Below are positions 12,801-24,700 of a DNA stretch of 64,000 nt, one piece after another. Positions within the stretch are counted from its first letter, which is position 1; the number at the start of each line of letters is the position of its first letter. The position numbers and the translations under genes were made by a program. The notes beneath the pieces are model-generated. The model did not search any database and had not been told where the DNA came from. It saw nothing but the letters and a program-made list of their open reading frames with translations. Origin of the DNA: Ascidiella aspersa (lineage: Eukaryota); assembly GCA_963924565.1 (NCBI GenBank), contig OZ004609.1, positions 27,900,001 through 27,964,000 of the forward strand, given 5' to 3'.

Positions 12801-15800
12801 CAACTCAACATTTCTCAACGAATCATCGTATCGCAATCAAGCAGCGATGAAAAACGGATCTTTTGCGGTTACCGAGTTTTGGCAGTAGGAAAACATACGC
12901 GTCTTTATAACATCTTTTACGTATTTTGCGGATTATTGGATGGTTTTGAAAAATTCTGGTGGTAAAATAGATGATACGAATAAATCCAGCATTAAATTTC
13001 AGTCGTTTTCATAATGTTCTTCGATCTACAAATTTATATTCTTACAGAAACTACGTGTTGCGAGCCTCGTCCAGCATAAACGAAATGGGAACTTGTAGCA
13101 ACTGGCCGATGGTGGCCTGTTTCATCATTGCGTGGATACTTGTCTACGGGTGCTGCTTTAAGGGCGCTCAATCCGCCGGAAAGGTTGGCATGTTTCTTAA
13201 CGTACGCTATCGGTAATATTTGATCCTCGTAACGTTTTACCAGGTCGTCTACATCACTGCCACTTTCCCCTACGTCATATTATCAATCCTGACGGTGCGT
13301 GGGTGCACGTTACCGGGTGCTGCAGATGGAATCTACTATTACATGGTTCCGGATGTTGCGAAGCTGGCTGACGCTCAGGTTAGTGTAATCTACTGCTTGT
13401 CGAGAAATTAAAAGTGTAAGCCGTAATAAGTTTGTTAAAGGACAAGACTGCGTTATGCATGCGTGCATAAATTAACTATATAAATGGATGTATCCAACTA
13501 ATAAAGCTCTAGCAAACGTGCCAAAACTTATATTTGGCTTAATAGTTAATCTGCCCTTAGGTTTAATATGGTTTAAAGTATTAGAGTTTTAATTTGCTCT
13601 CAGGTTTGGGTTCAGGCCGGCAGTCAAGTGTTGTATTCGTACGGAGTCTGCTTTGCTGCTTTGGTGACTTTCGGCAGTTACAATGATTTCCACAGTAATT
13701 GTTACAGGTTTGAACTACTTTACCGTCGATGTAGATTTTAAACATTGTCTAAAAGGACAAAAATAAACTGTAGGAGAGAGCTACTCGGGGCTTTTACTAT
13801 CATTATTATTTCTAATGTTACTCGCTAAGCAAGAATAAAAAAAGTTTTATAACATTGCCCATTGTTATTTCTATTTGCACGATGTACCTGACATTAAAAT
13901 AAACCTTACCTGTTGGACGGAGATGGGAGAATCAAATTTTATAGATTCTTGTTCCTATACATATTGTCCTTCAAGTCTTTACTCAATAAGTCAATGTTTC
14001 GCAACCTTTGTTGGTTTGCGTCACCCTACAGAAACTATAAATAGTTGGCGGTGTTTGCTGAGTGGTTAACTGTAACTTATAATAAACGAGATTGAAACAG
14101 CACATTAACTGTTCAACAAGGTAGAAAAAACCTTTTTAATTTTTGGCACTTTTATCGTACACAAAACATGTATAAAGAGGCTTACCAATAGAAAAAAATG
14201 GAATCCTAAAGAATTTAAATATCTCTCCTCACCCTTAAGCATTAAAAATGGCACGCTAGAATGCCGCGACACATCGGTTGATAACCACTGTAATAATGGT
14301 TAGAAACTCAACAAAAATTTACCTTTACACAAAAACTGTTAAGCTTTAATGCTTATTGTGTATTGTTATACAATACTTCGGTATTTAGTTTTCCTTTCCG
14401 GAAATACAATAATATATATTCAGTTTCAATATCTAGCATCATTACTTTAAAATGACCTGTTGTAATTTTTACTCATACAGTATATCAAGTTTAAGCTAAA
14501 TTTATTTAATGGAAGTACTACGCGTTTGTATTGAGTATTGTTTGAGTATTATTGAATATTATTTTCAGGAATTCTCCGTAAAACAAATATTTAAAAACAC
14601 TAAAAATGTTTGAAACGTTTGCCTAAATAATTGTATAGTTGTGTATGTATGTGTGTAGATAGGTTTTGTTATATGTTTATTAGCAAGAAACAAAGCAAAT
14701 TTTGTGGCTTTAGGACTTGCATACAAATCCCAATCATCTGCAGCGCGACCTCGGTCTTTGCTGGATTCTCTGTTTTTGCTGTCGTCGGTCATTTGGCGCA
14801 TCTGCAGAACATAAACGTCACCGACGTCACGTCTCACGGTATGTAAAATACGGTTGAGCCATTTTTATGGAGGTGTTTTGCCAACCAGGGGATAACTGTT
14901 GAATTGTTACACGCCAACTTAAAAGTTTAACTCGCTTACTTTGAATACGTCTGTAACATCCAGTGTTATTAAAAGTTATCTCCGCGGATAACACTAAATA
15001 GTCAATAAACCTTCACCTTTAAGTCCATAAACCTTCACCTTCCATTGTCCCACGGATAGAAGAAGTTTTAAACAAGGTTATTAAACCCAATAAAATTTTA
15101 GTAACTTTTGGCTTTATTTGCACTACGTACCCTTGGCATTCTTAAGGCAAACAATAGTTGCATAGATGTAATACGACCGTTAAACAATTTTCTTTGATGA
15201 GTTTGTTTTAGGTCCGGGACTAGCATTCCAAACTTACCCGACTGCAATTTCGCTGATGCCATTCCCACAACTGTGGGGCATCCTGTTCTTTTTGATGCTC
15301 ATAATGCTCGGGTTGGATTCACAGGTTCGCTTAGCTTTAATATTCTTCCGTATTCCTGAACGCTTTGGCAGTATAAGCACCCTGAGCGTGTCGCTCATAA
15401 ATTTTTCACTCCTTCAAAAAACACTGTGTGATGTGAATAAAATTTACTTACAGGTGACTCTTACGCGACATTTATTTGCAAATTTGTTACATTTATTTTG
15501 CAATTTTGCACAGCCTATACCTAAAACCGTTACGTATAAGAAAGCCACGTAAGTGCTAATTATGTGTACCAAACCTCAAAAAAAAATTGAACAGTTTATT
15601 TACAGGGTCTTATAAACGCTGGCCTGCATATTGCCAATAAAAGAGGTTGTAAAACACTAGTTATGTTAAACCAGAAAAACGGTAGCGTTCAGCACACAAT
15701 TTGACTGCCAATTTGGCAAACGTCTTGTATGTGTTGTCTCTGATAAGCTGAATTATAATCTGTTGTAAAAACGGTTTGTGCAACTATAATTTGTCCACCA

Positions 15801-17843
15801 AAAGTGTTTTCGATTGCCTGGTAATACATGTTTTTCTACTTATCTCGACTGCTAACATCCTGAACGTTGCAGTTCACTTGCGTGGAGGCGATTGTGTGTG
15901 CCATCAACGACCATTGGCCCAAATATTTCAGAACGAACAGAAGGAAGCGAGCTTTGACGCTGGGAATGTGCGTCGCCTTGGCCATTCTGGGATTCCCAAT
16001 GACTTTTGGGGTGAGCACTACATAATGTAAATATAAACGAAGGTCTCATTAAAGTCCCAACAGGAGCGTATATAGCTTACTTCATTTGACCAACTTGGCG
16101 AAGACCCTGAACTAGCAACAACGATAGACGTATTTACAACATTGAAGCGAGGTTATTTGTTGTATGTTGTGTTTCTTTAAATAAAAAATCTACCTAGATA
16201 AATTTTTATTGTCCGAAACGGGGTCCCGGTAAAATATTCTTTAAAATCGATTCTATTTTTTTCACCAGCCTTTATTCTGCTATTTCTCTAATCTAATGTG
16301 TTCAAACTACGTTTCAGTAGAATTTTTATGCACTACATCGAGCGATGATATTGTTTTCATATAGGAGTTACTTGTTAGATGTTCCGTTCTGACGAAAGTT
16401 TGTGAAAATGTCTGTAAAAAAATTGTAATCGTTCCGTTAGGAAAATTATTCTACTTGAACCTTGGGTGCACGACCAAATAACTGAGGTCCTGTTTCCACT
16501 TGATATGTCTGCATTTATATGAAGAATGGAATTTACCTGTTCGAGCTCTACAACAACTACTCGGTAAGCGGCTTCTCTCTGCTTACTCTGGCTGCTCTAG
16601 AGTCGATCGTGATTGGCTACGTGTACGGCACCGAGCGTTTTTGTAGCAACGTCAAAGAAATGATCGGCTACCGTCCGTCGGTCTACTTCAAATACTGCTA
16701 CAAGTTCGCCACACCTCTATTGCTTTTGGTGAGTAAATCGTGCTTGCAAGACCTAATATGTGATTTGTGTAGTGTTTTGAGTTGCTTACAGGGATTTATG
16801 TCAATATAATGCAGGATTTGTAAGTGTGAATTGTAAACATTTTTGTCATATATTTTGAAAAAAATCTTTTGATAGAAAAACAAAATAACGAGGATATGGC
16901 TAGATTTTCTTTTGAAAAACAGAATCTGCCTGAATCCGAATTGTGAAAAACAAACGATTCTGGTTTCACATCAATAATAAAGATTAAACTAAGTACACTG
17001 AAAATCAGTTCGTTTGGATGTTATATGATAAATATATTTCGTTCCCAAAAGCATCGTGTATCTTAATTCGAATGAGCAAATAGCTAAACACTCAGCCATA
17101 TTCTAAATTTTAATGAAACGCATATAACATAAATAATATAAAGATATTGATATGCATTTAGTCGATCGTTTTTTGTAAAGTGTCGCGTTTTTTGCTATAT
17201 GAACACTTTATCAATGGTGAAATTATGTCTAAATTTTCAAGGGCATCTTGTGTTTCTACGCGTTGAAATACACGAGAGTCGAGTACGCCGGCCAGCAGTA
17301 CCCGGACTGGGCCGACGTGTTCGGATGGTGCACTGCCATGTCGTCGGTCTGCTGGGTTCCAATCTTGTTCGTCTACGCCTTTTACAAAGCGCGTGGCAGT
17401 TTTAAACAGGTATATTAAGAATTTTCTGAAAAGAGACGACTGCTTGTAGCTGTTTTAGACGATGGATAATGGTGCTTGCTATGTATGGTAATCTTGTTTT
17501 AAGCGATTTTAAGTAAAGGTGTCCGAATGTACAACCAAAGGTAATAGAGCTGCGCATTGGTTGCCCAATGTAATACATCAACATGCTTTTATCGTTTTGA
17601 TTGGGTATTAAGATATTTTAAAGGAACCACAATAAAATTATTTGAAAACATTTCTATCGCTGGTTTCGCGCTTTTAACATATTTTGATAATTTTAATCGA
17701 TTTTACCCAATAATCACTCGCTCGACCCTTTTTCATATTTTGTTGCTCAGCGACTTCAACAGATACTCTATCCATTGGATCTTAAGGAGCAAAGCAAGCA
17801 AGGTGTACAACAGGAAGCCGAGATGTTTATAATCACAAAGTGA
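9876..17843 (+). CDS. SLC6 family transporter, GABA/taurine/creatine-like subgroup, copy 2; complete, 14 exons, 599 aa
   Basis: Exons 9876-9943, 10337-10443, 11508-11638, 12138-12264, 12734-12884, 13048-13183, 13244-13378, 13604-13707, 14714-14838, 15212-15324, 15873-16010, 16525-16728, 17242-17409, 17751-17843 total 1800 nt and are open. Motifs: [37 protein letters not shown]2 C-X8-C with NxS/T sites, [20 protein letters not shown]10 YSVSG. The first exon (MEEPFNV..) is the least certain. Confidence 0.93.
10736..11186. mobile_element. hAT (Charlie-like) MITE
   Basis: Perfect TIR CAGTGATTCTCAACC / GGTTGAGAATCACTG; TSD TTCTAAAC vs ATCTAAAC (7/8); subterminal GCGGCTC repeats. Confidence 0.88.
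13992..14290. mobile_element. hAT MITE, second copy of the 32500-32769 family
   Basis: Colinear similarity over the full length with 32500-32769 (CACCCTACAGAAA.TATAAATAGTT, CACATTAACTGT.CAACAAGG, GGCAC.CTAGA.TGCCGCG); TSD decayed. Confidence 0.8.
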
Positions 17844-18742
17844 TTACTGATTCTTTTTTAGATCTTTTTTGCTTCAAACACGCACCATTATTAGCAACAT
17901 ATAGCTTGGATTTTATACGACCCTCTTTATTTAAATATTTGGTCCGGTAATTGATCGCCACTTTTACGTTTCCTTACAATATAAGATGCAAAGAGGAGTT
18001 TTATTACAACAACGTCCCGTAAAAAATCCGACACCGTTAACAAATTTGAAAAATGCTTCGATAGGCAAAAAAACGATACTGTTAAAAAATATCTAAAGCG
18101 AAGCCTTTGATGTGTTATAGTATAAAAACGCTTTTGGGAATATTTGGTGCTTTTGTCATTCCTTTGATGTTCCTAGTATATTTATATTCCGCTTGGAGTA
18201 ATGGTTTAGATAGGATGGTATTTATAACGAAGAATTCGGGCAGTGTTGCTGGGTGTTTATCACTCAAAAGAGAATTCCATGTTTGTTTGTTTTCTGATTT
18301 TATTCTCCTGAAAAGACACGCGAGTGTTGGCGAACGCTAAATCAATTGGTTTGCAACAAAATGTGCAAAAAACACGAAAAACGCTATAAACCTCATATAC
18401 TTCGATCTTGTCTAAAGCAAATAAGATATCCAGTTTAAATTATGATCGATGGGGAAACGCAATTGAAAAGCACAGAATGCACATTGTTCTTTATACACTT
18501 ATACAGTATTAGACACAAAAGGCAAAATTGCTGCTTTTAAAACGAGAAAACATTACAAATAAAGTACAGTCTGCAAATTGATATTTAAAAAGGGATCGTG
18601 TCATGAAATATTGCCATACCCGCAAACTGAGTACCAGACTGCCATTTTTACAACTAAATGTCTCATTCAGAGGAGGAACGACCTAAAGTGGTTTCCGATA
18701 GCTTAACCACGGAGCGAAAAAATAATCGATCGTGTTTCCAAT

Positions 18743-21700
18743 TTATCGTACGAGGTGGTGGGGCAGGGTTAGGGTGCAGAGCCGAAGGCCTGCCAGTCCC
18801 CTGGGAAGGTTCCCGACCCGTTCCCATTCGTCCTTTTCGGGCTCGTAGGTCTGGATGACCTTGATACATCGCCTCGCTGACCAGCAGTAGCCTCCCACGA
18901 TGTACACCTTGTTGTCCAGCTGAAACCCAAGCCGCTTGTTTAAAGTCTTATTTATAGCATCAGCTAATTAAGATCTATTGAGCAACAAATTTCCATGACG
19001 AAATCTTTAAAAATGTGACTACTTTGTGATTGTGTGTTCTAAATAACAAAGTTGGCCCCCCAATGACGAATATCTAATAAGGTTAACATCAACAAGTATA
19101 TAGGGCCACTGAAATCGTACAACGACCCTATAATAGAATTCCGTGGCCGGCTATCTTCTGAACTTACCACACATGAGCCAGCTTCGCTCTGTCCCATCGA
19201 GATCGGTGTGACGCTGGTCCACTGGTCGAAGTCGGGACTGTACACTTCAGTTTCCAGCACATCCACTCGCTTGTTGATTCCGGTGTTTCCGCCGATTACG
19301 TAGATCCTATTGAGCGGACAAACATAATTAAATTCGCATCTGTGGTTCACAACGTTTTACAACAGGGTGGTTTTATGCTTGGTGTTCAATTGAAAAGGCA
19401 ATCTAGAAGCTGCACTATTTCCCCATAACTTGCAAACCATGTTGACCATCAGGGGAAAGCGCTTTAGTGTTTAAAGAGGCTGACGGGAGTAGTTAAACTT
19501 CTAAAATGTTGCACTACTGAATTACTAAATTAAACAGGACAGATCCACTTATTCTGAAGAATAAACCAGTATTAAGTAAACGTAATCTATGTAGCTAATA
19601 TTCCTGGGTCGCTACGACTATGGATTCCCGCAAATAAAAACTGCGCAAATATTTTATCGGTGAGCATTTTCTATTTGTTTTTAAAGTCTCAAAACTTACT
19701 GGCAAATACAAAAAAACAAGGGGCTGTACTTTGTGTCCACGCAGAGCGGCGCTTACTTTTCCTTGAGGGTGACCTACAACTATGGATGCCCGCAATTAAA
19801 AACTGCGCAAATATTTTTCTGTGGACATTTACGTCTCTTTTTATTTTTAATGTCCCAAAACATACCGGCAAGTATAAAAACACGTAATTTAGGGCGCTGT
19901 ATGTTTTGCCCACGAAGAGCGGCGCTTACTTTATCTTGCGGTTGACCTGGCTGTGGGATTAAACTTCTAAAATATTGCACTACTAAGTTATTAAATTAAA
20001 CAGGACAGATCCACTTATCTTAAAGAATGAATCAGTATTAAGTAATCGTAGTCGCTGAATATACTTTTACTTACTTTTCCTTGAGGGTGACCTGGCTGTG
20101 CCAGCCCCTTGGTGCTTGCATTGGCGACCTACGTTCCCAGATGTCGTGCTTTGGGTTGTAGCAGAGCATCGCGTCGCTGAAGTGTCCGTCGCTGAATCCG
20201 CCACTCACGTACAGTTTGTCGCGGTGAACCGAGCCGTTGTGATCGCACAAGGCGTTCTGTTGGTTTTAAGTTAATAAGACTGTAATGCTGTGGGTTTTTG
20301 GAGATATACTTTACTGTACTCCATCGAAAGCTGGGTTTCTTTAGGTTTAGATTAGTTTAGAAAAAACGACAGTTGGCCAACCAAAGACCTAATAGGATTG
20401 GTGCGAAACTGGATTTTCCCTGGTGTTTTTACCAGGTTTTGTTACAAATTAACTGTGGCAGTTAAAGTCAGTTTAAATTTATTTAATTGCCTTTCCTATT
20501 TTTAGGAAAACAAAAAAATGCTATGAAACTGTTTGTTTTTTTCAATTTTCTTTTTACTGGTATGCACGTTTAAAAAACCAAAACTATAACACACTTTAAT
20601 GCGCATTTAACAAAAATACACCCGGCTAATTTGCAACACCACAAGCGGAAAACAGTTTAAATCTTACCTGAGTGGAAGCGACGTACTTCCAGCGGTCTTC
20701 CTCCACGCAATAGCACTCTACTGACGACAAGCGGCCGACCGAATTCACACCGCCCACCGCATAGAGGCGGTTGTAAGCCGGGATGGCACTCACGTGGAAA
20801 CCGGCTCGGTGCTCGTTCATGCTGGCTATCTTCATCCACGTGTTGAAACGGGGATCGTACCTGTGCCACGCAAAATTGTTATATAATAAGTTGTCGTTAG
20901 CGTCGTCACGATGTAAGGTAAATTAAAAAAAACTTTTGACGCTTTTTTATTATTTTTCGCCCCAGCGTTGGAAATTTCACTAATTAAAAGAAAATTATAT
21001 CGCTAGTTTTTTTGTCACAATAATTAAAAATGCACCTGTTGATATATTAGGAAGCATTTTATTACCGCAAAGTTTTTAAATACGAAACAGAATAATTCAG
21101 TCACGACATTGGAAAATTTAATACATACTATACGCAAAATTTTAAAACTTTAATTTTCTTATTCATATTTTTTTTTGTAAGTAAAACACAAGAAAAGTGC
21201 AGTTAATGTTTGTTTTGTACAAAACAAAAAGATTATTTAATCCCACTTTTTCGATAATAAACATTTTATTAAACGTCAGCAATAGCGAAATCTATAAACA
21301 GTAAAAAATGTAGTCGTACAGTATTGTAATCAATACTCAAAACGACAGCATCACGCGTCCAATAACTGTACGCACAAATCACAATAATAAAAAAACTTTC
21401 TGCCACAAATGTATATTATCCTTCTGCGACGATGGTCCAACGGCCAAATTTACGGCTTACCTGGTCACGGTCGACACCGAAGTCTTTCCGCGCTCTTCAA
21501 AGTGATTCTGGCCTCCGAGTACGTATAAGAAGTTGTTGAGCACCGCCACGCAATGGGAATGCACGCCGGTGTCCATGCTGGGCAGGAGGGTGTAGGCAGT
21601 CAGCTCACGGTTAAACACTGAAATGTGTGGAAAGCGTTAGGAAAGCGTTGTGTAATGCTTTTAAGTCTAATGGCGGCCGTCCTATTGCATTTCAAATTTG

Positions 21701-24700
21701 TAAATTATCTTAAAATCCTAAAGTATATTTTTGCAAGTGTTATTGGGAAAAAGTTTGTAGTGAATGGTTATTTTTTAACGGTACGGATAAGTGGTACGAA
21801 CGTTGTTGTAAAAAGTAAAACTACTATCTTCTCCAGTTTCTTTTGCTTGCAATTGATCAACTGTAAAAGCGAAAGATTAATTATATAACATTGTGGTTTA
21901 CAAATTTGTAAATTAACTGTCCTCATCTGTTTACTATTAGGCCATTTTGAACTTGTATAAAAGCTATATACGTATTTATAATAAGGCGTTGATTCTCCGT
22001 GTCAAAGTTCATTACGTTCATAGTTAAAGTTCCACAAAGGGGAAGTAGTAGGGACGGCCGATATACTTGACATTTTATTCCGATACCGATATCCGATATT
22101 CTGGACAAAAGTATCGCGAACCAATCTGTTACCAAATGACGTCAGTACTGTGCTCGAACAAGCAAAACTGAAATGATTAAAGGTGTTTTTTGAGATTATA
22201 ACGCCAAAATGTGCTTTACTGTGCAGAAGTTTAGTTACCTAATATTGGTAAACTGCGCGCGTTGGATCGCAAATCACGGACAATATTTTTATATTAAATT
22301 GGTATCGGATCGGCATTGATACCACCCCTATCAAAACATGTACCAATACTACCACTTGGCATCGTGTATCGGCTCCGATTCGATATTATCGGACATCTCT
22401 AGGAAGTAGTCTACCTTTCAACTGATTGGAAACCTCATCAGTGTTGTCGGCACCTCCAAGCACAACCAGCCTGGTGTCGCTTGATCTGATCTTCGTTCTT
22501 GCCGATGGGACGATCGGTTGTGAGTGGGGAAGCATGTGATAACTGCTTGCCTGGAATATCAAAGCATTATTGTAGATGGGGCGTGAAAAATTTCCTTTTG
22601 TTTTATTTATTATATAATTCAAACCTGTAGTATATTGAACCAAAGGGGAATTTTTCTAACGTTTGATTGCAACAGTATAGATATCATTCTGCATTTCTTG
22701 CAATGTTAAACTAGTTTAACTTATATTTTAACAAAAAAACATGCATTTTTCTACTTGTTTTCTGAATTTTGTGGGGTAGAAGAACGCATTCTGTGTGATA
22801 TAAATGCATCCGCATTTCACCATTTCACTACCACTTTTAAGAAAGTTCAGTAAAAGTTCTACAAAGGCTCAGTATCTTTAACCCTACTTAGGCGATAATT
22901 ATGGTTCAAGACAAAAAGTCGACAATAAAGTTAAAAAATATTTACCTCAAGCAGGAGATCGTTGCACTTGGTCCTCATAAAGTCCACCACGTTGACGTGC
23001 ACCATCAGGTCTCTGGGAGGCATCAGAGGAAATCGAATCTTTTCCATCAGTTTTCGAATGAAAGCTTGTCTGCAGTGAAAATACAAAACTAAGTGACGAA
23101 GGCATATTTGCATTACATGCATGTTTAATATATAGAGCTCAACAGAAAACACACGGTCATCAAAAAACGAAAACTGTTCAGTAAAATAGACAACAATAGC
23201 GAAGATTGTACTTGTAAAATATTTTGTTAATGGTGTATTCAGCATCGGGGGCCGCAAGCACATCTTTTGCTCAATTTAAGAGAACAACACGCTTCTTAAG
23301 ACTATTCAAATCTGACGTCACTTTATAAAGTTTTCGCAAAGGTCATTTTTACCACGTACTTTTTGTTGTACGATTAGTGATGTTTTAGCTTTTGACTAAC
23401 GCCAGAGTATGCCTACCTTGAATGATCGTACATAATCCACTTCAAAGTCGCAGCGAAAACATCCAACTCCGACATGACCTTTAAGTCGGGACTGTCCAAC
23501 AGAAAGCTCATATTCTCGAAAGTGAGCTTTTGCAATTGGTTCGACTTGATGAAATCAGGGAACCTAATTAAAAATAAAAAAAAACTCAATTTTTTTGGTA
23601 TTTATTGCTAAAGTTATTTCTAGTAAATTGTTATGGTTCTTCTTCCCACCGAGGACTATATTTGTCAGTAAATTGCGGTCATTTTATATTGAAAGTTTTA
23701 TAGAATTACAAAACAAACTTGTCAGCCCACCTGTCAAGCATGTACTTGTAGGCCTTCTCCTCCAGTTGAGCCATGCTAAAGACTTCGGCAATGTGAATAA
23801 TGTCCACGCACGTGTTGACATCGATGGCCGAAATGAGAAACTCCATGCAGAAGTCAAGGACCGGTTTAATCTGGAACGAGGAAAACAATTAGGATCTCGG
23901 CACGCATGCAGCCGTAACTACGCATTCTAAATTTCGATGAAAATGTTAATAGATGATAAATCTCGGATAATAAGCCCAATGGAGTACCCCATATCGACAG
24001 AAGACGATACGAAATGTTGCTTGAAATTACATACAACATAATAATCAACAGACTGACTTGATTTTAATTTTTACTTTACTGAGCCGCGTTATTTCGAAAA
24101 TTTCGAAAACATCTCTGATAGTTTAAGCAAAACATAAACATAAACAGACCAAAACGAGCATCCTGACTTTGTCTTACTTAATATACCACATAACTAAACA
24201 ATGGTCAATATATTTGTGATAAAATGTTAATATATTTTGCAATAAGTTCCAGGTTATTGGGGCTCCAAGACATGGCTGGCTGGCGCTGTTTAACTAGAAA
24301 CCGAAGACAAATAGATTGTCATAGAGTCGATATGTCCTCCGCATACCTGGGCCTAACAGGCGGTGCTATTTTGCAGTATCGACATTGACCTATTTTATAC
24401 GAAGATATAATATTTTAAGTAAATTAACAAGAAACCCAAATCCAGGCAGCAAGTAAATTGATTCAGGTTCGTTCCGGTTAAAAGCTAAACAGCAAGTCAA
24501 ACTAAATGAGGCCTAAGCAATATCTCCCAATTGGTTTACAAGCCCAGAAACCTCAAAAAACTTGTCTATCGTCCAACAGCATCACTCGCCTGCATGTGCC
24601 TTGCGACGGCCAGGATGTTCTGCACCGACTGCATGTTGACCGGCAGCTTTCCCGTGTACATGAACTCGACAATGTGCTTCAGACCGTCGCTGCTGATTCC

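Noticed and set aside
913-17843. SLC6 copies as an uncollapsed haplotype or as mutually exclusive exons of one gene
   Set aside because: Introns are unrelated, each copy has its own stop exon, and copy 2 has a full N-terminus.
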